Assembly (NCBI GenBank): GCA_010909165.1
Contig: VJWM01000068.1
Location: 310,001 to 374,000 of the forward strand
Reading direction: 5' to 3'
Origin: Anthoceros angustus
Taxonomy: Eukaryota; Plantae; Anthocerotophyta
DNA length: 64,000 nucleotides
Below the pieces are notes generated by a model. That model did not search any database. It had not been told where the DNA came from and saw only the letters and a program-made list of their open reading frames with translations. Made by a program: the position numbers and the translations under genes. Positions 35,311 to 48,330 of this stretch are shown here, one piece after another. Position 1 is the first letter of the stretch, and each line of letters starts with the position of its first letter.

Positions 35311-35416
35311 ATCGACAAACCGGTTTGGGTTTAGTCATCGCCTTCCCCGTCGTGATAGTAGCCGGCCGCCATTGTCATCCGATCGACAAGTGACGGTAGG
35401 AACAAGGTCTACAAAG

Positions 35417-38400
35417 TGACGATTTGTAGAGATAATGCATTAATTAAATCGATAAAATAATTACATCATTGATAATCAAGAAAAGAACCAAAGTGTTTAT
35501 GAGACTTGGACAACTTAACTAAACCGAAAAGTCATGTCTGTTTCGCTAAAGGTCGCAACCCTAATGAAAGGGTATATATAACTTAAGCTAAGTTATATGT
35601 GTGACTAATAAGCTAACCCTAGGTTACTTAACATTATGATAACACCCTAAGTACTCATTACTTCATCACTCCCACTTGTTGAATGCATGTTAAGTACATT
35701 CCTTCCTTGTGCGGTCCCTTGTGAGCGTGAGCGTCACTTGAGCCTCCTCCTTAGCGCCATTTACGTCAGGAGCAATGGAGCGTGAGGATGAGATGCCTCG
35801 CCCGAGGTACGCTGGTATTTAACCGCAGCCACGCTTCCTGCGCCTCATTTCAAGATTCCAACTTTGGAGGAGAGCGCTTGTCGCTATGTCTTCTATCACA
35901 ACACCATCTCGATGATGCCCTCGGGGGCTTGCCATAATCGTGATCCCCTTGGTCGATTTTCAGCTAGAACACCTGCTGAGAAGCCCAAAGAACTCACATC
36001 ACTGCTAAAGGTCCCCGCCGCCTAGGCGTCCAAGAGGGAGGCCACCTGGCGGCGTAGAGGAAGGGCACGAGTGCCATCGCGATGCCACTATGGGGCTTCT
36101 TCTCGCGGTGCCCCACGAACTAACAAGCAAGTGATTGCTGATGCGAGGAGGTTCGACGAGGGTGAATATGCCTACTCGGGATGAGGCGATTCCACCTTGC
36201 CATTTTCCTTCCCCGCCATAAGAGAGTATGATGAAGAGAGTTGTGTGCCTGAAACATAAAACACCCGGATCGCCACTATGGTATCGATGTCGGGTGACTG
36301 ACATACTTCGTCGCAGGAGGTCACCATGTGGAATACCCGCACACGCAGCCGACTTCTCATGAAGCGTTGATTTCCGCCTGCTTGCTTTAGCCCCTTCGCT
36401 TATTGTGCTCCACTACTTTGAGAAATTCTAACATCACCTGCAGATCTTGTAGGGACCGACATCCGGCTCAGGGAGGAGGAACGTCTCGAACCTGAAGAAC
36501 GAATATCTTATCAGGAAAGGAAGAGACGTAACAGCCCTCTCGAAGGAGAAAGCTTCTCCACACCTGAAGAGCCGGATTCTGAGAATCCTGACGAGGAAAA
36601 TAACAACATTGATGATTCTGATGAAGCGAGCTTCAACTGGGATTAGGGGCTAGGCCTTTTTCTTTTGCTTTCAGACTGCTTTGAGGAAGTCTTGCGACCT
36701 CCCGAGTCCCAGACTCTTTACATGTTTGTGGTGTAACTCTCGGCCTAGAGCCTTAGTCAGATATCCGCAGGGTTGTCATTGTTGGTATGTAGTCCAAGTA
36801 TATTTTCCTGCCACCGCTTCTCTAATGTAGTGATACTCGACTTCCACATGCTTTGTACGTGAGTGAAAGAGGATTCTTTGCTAGAGCCATGGAGCCTTGG
36901 TTGTCTCAGATAGATAGGGCTGTGGTAGGTGAATTCCCATCTCCTAAAAATTAACTTACACCACACTATCTCTTTTGTTGCACTGCGAACTCTATACTCG
37001 GCCTCAGATTGATGGCCACCGTAGGTTGCTTCTTGGATGACCAACATATAGGTCCATGACAAAGGAGACCACATATCCAAACCGACTTTCTCGTGTCAAT
37101 GTCTCCAGCATAGTCAGAGTCTGTAAAAGTCTCTAAGTCTAGAGTCTTTCCTTCCTGGTGCTCATACCTTAAGCCTACATCTGATGTTCCTTTCAGATAG
37201 CGAAACGCCCGTTTCAAACTCTGCCAATGTTCATGGCCTGGATGTTCAAGAAATTGGGATAAGGCGCTGGTTGAAAATGCAACGTCTGGCCTCGTAGTGT
37301 TTGAAGCATAGATAAGTTTACCTACCCCTTTTCTCAGATGGTACATTTGCCATAGCATCCTTTTCAAATTACTGTGGACACATTGACTTACTCAACTTCA
37401 ATCCACTAGGTAAGGGTGTTGATGCCGGTTTGGCATCTTTAAGGCCCATCTGCTCCATACCTCATAAGGTATCTCGGCCGTGTCAAGGTAATAATTCTTC
37501 TATCTCTATCCCTTTGAATGTGAACACCAAGACACTTTCTAGAGGTCCGAGATTTGTCATCTCAAATTTCGTGTTAGCGCAGTTGAGCTTGGTGATGTAT
37601 GCTCCACTATTGCAAAGCATAATCAAGTCGCCCACATAGATCGCAAGGTAACAGACTACGTTGTCTCGATCCAGAACGCATGTGCCGCCATCCGCTGCAC
37701 TTTACAAAACCTAGTTCACGCAGCTCCTCATCCAGGACTGCGTTCCATTCCATAGCAGACTGCTTGAGCCCATACAGAGTTTTGATTAGCTTGAGGACAT
37801 AGTCCTCTTTGCCTTTTACTTCATAACCTGGAGGCTGCTGCATATATATCTCTGTATCTAGCTTCCCATGTAGAAATGTTGTTTTCACATCAAACATATC
37901 TAACTCATAGTCTTTGTGGGCTGCAACAGCACATAGGATACGAAAAGTTGCCATCTTGACAACTGGAGCAAATGTTTCCAAGTAGTCTAGGCCTGGCACT
38001 TGGGAAAATCCTCGAGCTACGAGTCTTGCTTTATACCTATCAAAGGTACCATCAGCTTTCACTTTTAGTTTGAAAACCCATTTACATGAGACCATTTTGC
38101 GGCCTGGAGGTAACTTGGCTAGCTCCCAAGTCCCGCTTTTGATCAAGGATCTGTGACTATCGTATGGCCTTTTTCCATTCAAGAAGATCGTCTACTAAGT
38201 GCCTCCTCATATGAGTGTGGCTCGATGGGGTCCAAAGAAAAGAGTTGACTTGCTGCCCTAAAGTCATGTGACCGATAGTAACTGAGGATGTCGCTCACTG
38301 GGTAGCGCTCAGTTGAGCAGCAGTGGGTCTTGCTCACCGAGGTGCGAGTTTCAAGATCCGATCGTTCAAGATCCGCATCGCCGCATCGCTTCCTCCATAT

Positions 38401-41400
38401 CTAAGTCCACATAAAAGGTAGAGGATCTGAGGATGGGGCTGCATTTGATCAACGACATCCTCGAAATCTTGTTCTAAATTACGACAACGCGTGCTAGGTC
38501 GGTCGCACCGTGGATCCTCTTGTTCCCCACCGCAGGAGCAACATCCTCGTGAAGATCCTCAAAATGCGAGACATCTTGTTCAAGATGTTCCCAATCATCT
38601 TCGGGCGTAATCGCCGAAGCTCCCACGCCGTAAACGGTTTTCATCAAAGGTAACGCCCCTGGAGTAGATGACGTGATTAGTAGGCACATCATACAACTTG
38701 TATGCCTTGATGCCTTCAGTGTAACCTAACATCAGCAACTTTTGTGCTTTGTTGAACAGTTTCTTGCGCTTCTCCCTGGAGATGAAGGCATAGGCTACAC
38801 AACCAAAAGTCCTCAAATGCAAGATCTTGGGCTTATGTCCATAGAAGGCTTCATATGGAGTCATCCCTGCGACAAGACAGGCACTGTTCCTTAGGTAAAC
38901 AGAGGTTGTAAGGGCTTCGGCCCAATAGGACAGAGGGAGGTGAGCATGGTTCAGCAAAGAAGATGTCATCTCCTGCAAAGTGAGGTTCATGTGCTCAGCC
39001 ACCCCGTTCTGTTGAGGTGTATAGACCACTGTTAACTGCCTGCCAATTCCTTCATCTGTGCAGAAGGCCTGGAATTCTTGTGAGGTAAATTCCCCACCAT
39101 TATCCGAACGCAAGGTCTTGAGCTGCTTCCCAGTCCAGCGTTCTGAGAACTTCAGATAAGCTTTGAAGTGTGAAAAGCATTCACTTTTAGCTTTAAGGAT
39201 ATAAGCACTGACAAAACGTGTCGTGTCATCTGTGAAGGTCAGAAAATATTTCCCGCCGCCGAGGGAAGTCTTTGACAAGGGGCCACACAAGTCTGTGTGC
39301 ACTAACTCCAGGACTTCTGAAGCCCTGTGAGGAGCCTTGTTTCTAAAGGCTGCTTGATGGCGTTTTGCAAGAACACAGGGTTCACATAAAGGTAAAGGCA
39401 CTAATTTGCCAATAGGACCATCAGCATAGAGGTCACTAGCAGCTAATTTCTGCAACTTGCTGCTGTGTGGGTGACCTAATCGAGCATGCCACAACTTAGA
39501 CTTCGCTATCACAGTGTGAGGTGGGAGTCCTCATGTGTTAGATGGGACTGTACTACTCCACCCTTAGTGTGAAGACGAAACAGGTCATGTTCAGAAGACC
39601 CGTAGGCTAGAACTCTGTTAGAATTAAAGGCATCTATGACCTTACACTTTGTAGCTGTGAACAGAATGTGACTGTTATTGTCTATGTTTAAACGCCTAAC
39701 AGAGATTAGATTGCGTGTCATCTCAGGTACAAAATAAACATCTAAGAGAGACCTGACAGCCTGGATGGTACTGGTGAATAGTCCCCATCCCTGGAGAGAC
39801 AAGAGACCTATTATCGCCAAGGTAGACAAACCGGTCCTTGATCGACTGAAGTCAAATGCGTTTCTATCAAAACACATGTGAGCAGTGGCACCTGTGTCTA
39901 AGTACCACTCTGTGAATTGCCTAGCATTTGTCTTTGCTGACAAGGACTGGATTAGTATACTCCCCTGTCCCAACCATGAGGGCTGATGGCGATGGCTGCT
40001 TCTTAACCACAACATTGGTTTCAGCGTTTCCCTCCTTTCGAGGTAAGCCTCGCTAGCTTTTCCTGCATTCACGCTCCCGGACTGTGGATTTTGCACGATT
40101 GCAAGTCCCCGACTTCTTACTTTTCTTGTTTGCAACCGGCCGAGTGGCCTCCTTGCGAGCCGCCACCTCGGACGAACCAGATCCACCGCCTGAGTATGGT
40201 CTTGCACCACCGCCCACTGCTTGGATGTAGCGCCGCGACGCCGCTTGTCCTCCTCTGGTCGCCTCCTCTTCCAGGAGGGACCCAACAAGTTCTGCAAATG
40301 TTAATTCTGGTACTTTGAGGCTGGCTGATTTCGCCAGTTTGGCCACCTGTGATTGGGATGCATGAATTGATGTCACAAAGTGTGACCATGACTGAGTCAA
40401 TGATAGCAACAGGTACAATGTCAGCATTTCATCCTTGATGGTTTCCTTGGTAGCATTTTCCAGTTTAGAGACCAAGGTTCTGAAAGTCATTATATGTTTT
40501 TCCACAGATTCTCCTTCACGCATTTTACATTCTTTGAAGGTTGTTGAGACGGTGATTTCTTTGAGTTCTTTCTCGCGTCTGACTCCTCCAGCGATCCGAT
40601 CAGTTAGCCTCACAACCAGCTTGCCTCATCATGTCTGCGTGAGTCCACTTCTAATGAAATACATGGAAGATTCATTTCGAGTTCTCGCTTCCTTTTGTGC
40701 AAGTTTCACTCTCGTGCATCTAAACCTTGTGTGGTTTTCCGAGTTTTACGTTGAAGTGCGCCTTTCATGCGCATGACCCAAATATCATCGACGACCATCA
40801 AATCTATCCTTTTCTTTGAACCCTTCCCCACCTACGGATGAGGAGCTGATTCCCATTGTAAGGGCTTATAAAGGGTTTAAAGCTACTATCTATTGCCTCG
40901 AGGCATCTACGGAGGTGAGCAAGTATGTTAACAGGTCTAATTACTTCATGTAAGCTAGATGCCTGCTGTGCCTCCTTTTCTGCAATCCTTTCTTAATGTG
41001 AACCTATTGTAAGTGTAGGTTGCACATGAAGGACAAGAGTTGGGATCATCAAACCGCTGATTGCTATTAGTACAGTTGATTGATCTAACTGCAAAAGTGC
41101 GAAATTCAGGGTTTTTCAACAATTCTGGCTTTAACAACACATGGATTTTATAATCCAGGTGGAACAGCTGCTCCCTTAGATCCTGTAAATCCACACTTAC
41201 GCCAGCAACACTCTTATTCAGGTTTACATAACGCCTATCTACAAATAGGGCGTGAGATTCAATTGAAATAATCGGAAGCTGTGGTGTGTGGTGGTGAGGA
41301 AACCATTAGGGTTTCCATGTACATCAGGTGAGAGCCTAGGACGCAACTCCAGAGGGTTGGCTTCCGGAACTTGCTCACGGGGACCAACTAACAAATGTTG

Positions 41401-42235
41401 AAAGTCTGGGTATAGGGTGGAAACCAGAAAATTGTAAGCCTCACGCAGCCGTGTGCTGTGTGCAGGCCTGTCTTGATTTCTGTGTGTCCACTCCTCAGTT
41501 TGCTGGTGAATGCGCTCAACAATGTTTCTGTCGTTAGGTTGTCCCCTGAGTGGTCGATTGCGTTGGTTGACTCGCTCAGCAGGTCGAGGCTACCAGATTT
41601 GGCCCTCGTTGTGTGCCATTTTTAATGGCTTGTATTCTGGCTGTTAGAATGCTAAATTTATGCATTCTGATTGCTATTTATCAATTTACAAAAGCTATTT
41701 GCACTATCTAGCGTGTGTTCTAGTGAAGTTCTATCGAATTGCTATAGGAGCAATCAATAGAACTACATTAGAATGCAACTACTAGATTTGCAAAACAGCA
41801 ATTTGTAAACAAGCAATTATAAAGAAAACAACCAGAAATTTAAGTTCTTGATTTTATTTTGGGTTTCATTTCAAGAAAGCATTCTTAAACATAAAACAAC
41901 CAAAATGCATGTTTGTGCATATCCCGAAATGCACATTTGATGTGCATTCTTTAGAATAAAGCGCATCATCATGCTCGATACCATGACGATTTATAGAGAT
42001 AATGCAGATTAATTAAATCAGATAAAATAATTACATCATTGATAATCAAGAAAAGAACCAAAGTGTTTATGAGACTTGGACAACTTAACTAAAGCGAAAA
42101 GTCATGTATTCGCTAAAGGTCGCAACCCTAATGAAAGGGTATATATAACTTAAGCTAAGTTATATGTGTGACTAATAAGCTAACCCTAGGTTACTTAACA
42201 TTATGATAACACCCTAAGTACTCATTACTTCATCA
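35417..42235 (-). mobile_element. Complete Ty1/copia LTR retrotransposon
   Basis: 252-bp TG..CA LTRs (35417-35668, 41984-42235) and a perfect 5-bp TSD CAAAG. PBS tggtatcgagc (41983-41973); PPT next to the left LTR. ORFs cover gag (40053-40613), protease WYLDTGATAHM, integrase (38595-39512), RT (37607-38182) and RNase H (36757-37367). Confidence 0.98.
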
Positions 42236-44099
42236 CAAAGTTCAGATGTCCTCTGATCCCTATCCTCGCCTTGGTCGCCGACTTCTCCATCCGAATGACC
42301 CAAAGATATCTGGATCGGCCATCATCCTCGGATGGTCCCAGCCACTATCTCGCATCCTCGATGCTGTGGCTATCTCGCATCATCCTCATTCCTGGCAATG
42401 CTTCTCGCTTCCCTCATAGACAATACGCTACTGTAAGCAACAAGATCCACACCTTTCCACACAATACCGATAAGAGCTCTTCCTACTGGGTGGCTAAACA
42501 AAGAAAACATGATGCAAATCGAGGAGAAAGCACATCGAAGATGACAAATCGAAAACAAAATTCACATGTCCATGGCATATCTCGGTTACAATGGCTTGAT
42601 TGCCTCAAATACCTCGACAAGCTCAGAGGACCACATTTCTTAGCTCGAAACCCAAGGACGCCGAGCTCATACGCCCTATACATTTGAGGGTCTTGAATCA
42701 TCACAAACTCCCGAGGCCTTGTTGTGCAAAACAACGTGAACACCGGTTCTTCTCGTCCATGTCCGTGGTCGCCCATACTACCCATCCACTCGCTTTGGTT
42801 AGGCAATGCTCCCTGTAACCCATGATCCACAATTTCAATAGTGGAGTCCGAACGCTCATCCTCCGCTCGCATCCCGTGGTCACCATCCAATCTTTCTCAA
42901 GCAGATTGACAGGATCCATCCGAGCATCTGACGCCGAATGATCGCCTCCTCGTAGGTGAAGGCGAAGGAATCGGCACAGTACGGGCTTTGTGACTTCTCC
43001 ACTCCAGCTCCCCTCTTTCCACCGCCAGCCGGCCTTCGCAGACGCTGCCAGCGGATTTCGCTTGCCCGATGCATGCCCACCCTTGGCTTGCTCACCACCT
43101 CCAGCATCACGCGATGGTCGCCGCCTCCCAAGTCCTCCGCACTAGCCGCTACTCTCCGGATTTCTTCGCTTGGGAGGAGGTCACCGGCACCGTGATCCGC
43201 CAAATCCTTCTTGCTCCGCCGTCTTGCCATCGCTCACCACTGCCCGCCTGAATTGAGCTACACGAAAACAAAGTTGCATCACTCACAAATTGGGCTTGAA
43301 TGGAAATTGTGGAGTTCTCGCCGCGGTGGATGCCTTGTGCACCGCTGACACGGAACACGCTCTTTGCAAAGGCGCACACCGTAGGTCCCTCCTTCACGCA
43401 CGCCACACCGATGGAGGCCTCTCATGGACCGTGGAGCGTTACGGCGCTTGAACAGTTGCAAGTGGAACACCGCTACCAAAAGGAACTCTTAACCCCTGGA
43501 CGATTAGGGTTACCGCTCACCACGTTAACCAAAGTTAGAAACCCCGATGTCGTGTGAAAGGTGGTAGTTAAGTGGACCTTATTCTCCTATGCATGTATTT
43601 ATGACATCGTGACTTATCCATCGATTGCGGTGTTATTCTTATCCCGCGGACCGCGATATCCGCCTCATTGGATTTCCTCGCTATGTGCAATGAAGTCGCG
43701 TCAGAGGCGTGGTACTAAGTCACGCCGACGCAAACCACTTACCAACCATTTCGCTTGCAAGGAGTCTACCAAGGTGACTTGTCGACCGACTACCACGGCA
43801 ATGTTGCGCGACACACATGCATTTATATGGAGGACGTGAGTGGAAAGTGCACCATGTGTCCGTTCATCATTTGTGCTATCACCAGCTGCTGTTAACCCGG
43901 CAAGTTCATATTTGCACGCAGGCATCGGCTTATGTAGAAGAACCCTCCCGATACTTGAGGCCTGCAGTGGACTCCCAGAAAAGGGCGAGGAGGCTTGCTC
44001 TTTTAAACCCACCGCCACCTCTGCCTCGCCATCCTCCGCAAGGTTAGTGTGTTATGGGGCTTGAGTGAAGAGTCCGCTATAGCATATTGTGGGAAGTCA

Positions 44100-47000
44100 G
44101 TAGTGGATGTCACTTGTGCAGGGGAAAGACGCCGACGGAATTGTCTTCGCCAAGTATGCCGCATGGTGTTCTGGCTGACGCCAAGAAATCGAACTTGTAT
44201 GCCATAGACGGCAGCCTCCATGAGGAGAGTTGGGGTTGAAGGACTGATGTTCGCATGATTGCCCCGTGGCTTGTTCATGGCGATGGGTATGGGTAGGCAA
44301 AACATACCGGTCCCGAGGAGCTAGACGGCCGTCCGATAGAGGTCCCATCGAGCATTTACTTCCAATCACCTCCGGAGGATGATGTGCAAAGATCGCTTTC
44401 ACCAAACCTTTGAGCGAGACATTGCGGGACTCTCTGCGTTATGTCGAAGACGGGCAGCGTGTCGTTGAGGAAGAGTGAAGTGGACATTGTGACCGACTAC
44501 GGAAACCTTGTTGCAATCGGATGTGCTTGCGTAAATTGACGAAGAAAGATTTCGTGAGCGGTATAGATTCATAAGAATGTGCATAAGAGCAGAGACATTC
44601 CTTCGCCTCTAGTCCATCGCGACGAGGGACCAATGATAAAGGAAAAGTTGTCACTCATGTTATGGGGAGTGTTCGTCGAGATGTTGTCTCAAGGCTTTAA
44701 GGGTTTATTGTGTGGGACACATCGGTATGAGGAGTTGAAGGCTAGAGTTCTTGAACTCACCGTGGATGGTTTCGAACAAACCCATACGCAGCTCCGCATG
44801 CGCTAGGGGCCATAGCTTGATGGACAAGACTTTTATGTACATGGTGAGAGGCTCCCAAATGTGGAGGTTTTCAATCTTCCCGACACGCATACAAAATTAG
44901 AAATATGGTTGCTATACAAACGAGAGTGCGAAGGTCGTGGCTCGATATGTCACCTACGCGTGGTTCTTAAAGCTATGGAAATGCAACTACAGAGTGAAGA
45001 TCCCAAAGTCAAACCGGTTCTCGACATGCTCGCTGCAGGATTGAAGACAACTATACGGAACTCAACACGGAAGGTCGATCAAGGTGGGCACTCTTGTTCC
45101 TCCGCATGTCAGTCCTTTCTAACCTTTTTGTGTGAACCACTGTCGTCGTCGACTGGTCCTAGGTGTCTGCTGCATCGCTTGGAGGTTTGGGCGCCATCGG
45201 ATGGAGGTTTGGTTAGCGGTCGTGGCGCCCCTTATATCACAAGAGTGGCGCCGTGCCCTCTTCTCGCTTCACAAGAGGGCGTCCGACTGCGGATGGTTAG
45301 TTGCCTGCACTACTCCCTCCCCTCCTCCTCCTCCTCCTCCTTGGGTGGGGGCCACGGCCGCCCACCTCAACTAGTGGTGGGCCCCAAGACCACCCTTGTT
45401 AGTAGCAGAGGGGTGCGGCCGCCGCGCCTATGTCCTGCTACGGAAACCCTTGGGTGGAACTCCATAAGTACCGACCTTGGCTCCCACCTACACCAAAATC
45501 CGCCCTCATGTGAAGTATATGTGTAATGATAAATGAGAGGGCATGACTAGAGTGTTTGCAAAGAATGGATTTTGAAACCGACCGTGAAGTTCTTGTTTTG
45601 TAACAATGAAATATCAGTCGCTACGGACATCGTGCGCCCGCACGAGGAACGACGAAGATGGCCAAACACAGGAGCAAAAGCGTAGATCCGCATAAGTACA
45701 TATTACATGCCTATAGATGGGATGGACCAAGAAAAACGAGGTACCACACTTTTGAGGTGGTCAAGAACTGGATGAGGAGTCCCGATCTCGCCCACGTAGT
45801 TGGGTGTATGATTCACAACTACACGTATAAAACGAGGGCCTTCTTGCATTACGCAAATTTGAGAAATGACGCCAATTTTGACTATCATACAGGTGATGTG
45901 ATACACAACTACGAGGAGTATTACAAGGTTTTATACTTGCAATTGGACAACACTTGTCGGAGAACAAGAATCAACTTCTTTTGCATATCCGAACATGTTA
46001 GTGGATATGGGAACTTTTGAGAAAGTAAAGGTGGGGTTTCTTCTCGTTGGACATACTCATGATCAAATTGACCAAATGTTTTCATGTTTTCAAAGAGCTT
46101 GAAACATGTGGAAGCTCATACTCTCCCGCATTGGCGGCAATTTTGAAAGAGGCGTACACTCCAACACGAGGTGAAGGTATTAACGGAGGTTCAGACTTCC
46201 GCTCCTATGTTTGGTCACGACAAGGGGATGGACGCCAAGCATACGGAGTCATGGTGCGAAATTGAACAACTGTCATTCCAAAGACCAGCTCAAAATTACA
46301 AGAGAAGAAAACTCGACCGTGGCCTTGTGATGCCATTAGAAGCAAACAATATTCGACATCGCCACAATGGGAAGCGGAAGCCGGTTTGGAGTTTTGAAGT
46401 TTGTCCCATCCAACGTAACCGACTACCGACATCCCTTCGCGTGATAAGAAAGGCACATCGTCGTGGTTATCCCCAACCGAGGGTGTGGCTCACTTGAAGG
46501 AGGGCCTCTCGGCTTAGACCATATGTCACCGCAGAGGAATATAAATGGTGGGAAGAATTTTGGGTGGACCAAGAGGAGATCGTTATTGTGGAGAATAATA
46601 TAGGGCTCGCACTCAAGACGCATGGAAGTGGTTTTCATGACCAAGTGGAAAAAACCGAGGTTCTTCACGTGCTCGATGAGGCGTTGCTAGAGGAGGCTTT
46701 ACTCGTGACCTTCCCCAACGGATATGTACCTTGGTGCATATCAAACCGTTGTTAGACAAGAACAAGAAACGCATTGAATGGTGACATTTGAAATAAGGAA
46801 AGACATGTTCATTGCGCCCCCGCACCACCGGCTGCATGAACAGCCGCTTTTGGATTGGCAGGTCATTGATGTTCACTTAGATGCACCGGATCCTCACTTT
46901 GTCGCTTCATTGGTACATGACCGAGCACATGATGCGTATGAAGGAAGGTATGTTGAAGAATTTATAATCCGACATGAAGGGACCCAGAAATCGGGAAAAA

Positions 47001-47120
47001 GGAGGAAAGCTAATTTGCACAAAACGCATAAAAGGTTTTTGTGAACAAAACTGATCATATATTATGGTTTCAACTTGAATGCTCGCAAACATTTATATCT
47101 GTGGACAAGAAGGCGATCGA
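44100..47120 (+). CDS. Sola-like DDE transposase (frameshifted; ~540-bp interruption at ~45073-45617)
   Basis: Motifs across frames: CCNRMCLRKL..RERYRF; LPDTHTKLEIWLLY; FLKLWKCNYRVKIPKSNRFSTC; IDGMDQEKTR; HVVGCMIH; LYLQLDNTCRENKN; FLLVGHTHDQIDQMFS; EEYKWWEEF; C-terminal FWIG.VIDV..HWY..YEGRY. The 5' boundary is approximate. Confidence 0.8.
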
Positions 47121-48330
47121 CTAAAATTAAATGAATTGCGGCTTCATACGCCAAAGTAGCCAAAGTGGCCCAAAGATAGTGAAGATAGTGGTGGTGATGC
47201 AGCTCATGCGATGATGCCAATTCGTAAGACGATCGGAGTTCATGAACATATGCCAAGATGTTTTGTCTTATGTGGACACGTTTTTCTTCCCTTCCTCTCA
47301 ATAAGTTTCAATAGATTCTCCAAATCATATTGTCCGTGGAAGGCTATTTTTCCCAGCCCGCACTTAACGAAAACCGTTGTCTTCCGCCAAGTTGTCATTA
47401 TTATGCGATTACAAAGACCAGTGGAAACCAGCCTTCCTAAGCATAGCGACAAATCCATACGACGAGACATCGATGTAAGATGGTGTTCATGTGCAAGACG
47501 ATTGCGAAGCGTTGCTAGAGGAGGCTTTACTCGGGGACCTTCCCCAGCAGGATATGTACCTTGGTGCATATCAAACCGTTGTTAGACAAGAACAAGCTGC
47601 GGTTGAATGGTGACATTTGAAATAAGGAAAGACATGTTCATTCGGTCCACACTGCAAACGAGCAGGCCGTTTTGGATTGGCGAGGTCATTGATGTTCACT
47701 TAGATGCACGGATCCTCACTTTGTCGTTCATTGGTACATGGTGAGCACACGGTCGTATGAAGGAAGGTATGTTGAAGAATTTATAATCCGACATGAAGGG
47801 ACCGGTGGCATGAAATCGGGAAAAGGAGGAAAGCTAATTTGCACAAAACGCATAAAAGGTTTTTGTGAACAAAGCGATGATCATATATTATGGTTTCAAC
47901 TTGAATGCTCGCAAACATTTATATCTTTGTGGACAAGAAGGCGATCGGACTAAAATTAAATGAATTGCGGCTTCATCTGACCAATAATAAAGTGGCCCAA
48001 AGATAGTGAAGATAGTGGTGGTGATGCGAGCCTTGCGATGATATTGTAATTGAGGAGTTCATGAACATCTGTGCCAAGATGTTTTGTCTTATGTGGACAC
48101 GTTTTTCTTCCCTTCCTCTCAATAAGTTTCAATAGATTCTCCAAATTACATTGTTATTGGTGGAAGGCTATTTTTCCCAGCCCGCATAACGACCGTTGTC
48201 TTCCGCCAAGTTGTCATTATTATGCGATTACAAAGACCAGCGTGGAAACCAGCCTTCCTAAGCATAGCGACAAATCCATACGAGACATCGGCGGAAGATG
48301 GTGTTCATGTGCAAGACGCATTGCGAGCGT
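46680..48330. repeat. Tandem duplication of ~825 bp (transposase C-terminus + end of convergent ORF)
   Basis: cgttgctagaggaggctttactcg occurs at ~46682 and ~47511, and colinear blocks repeat with a period of ~820-830. Confidence 0.93.
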
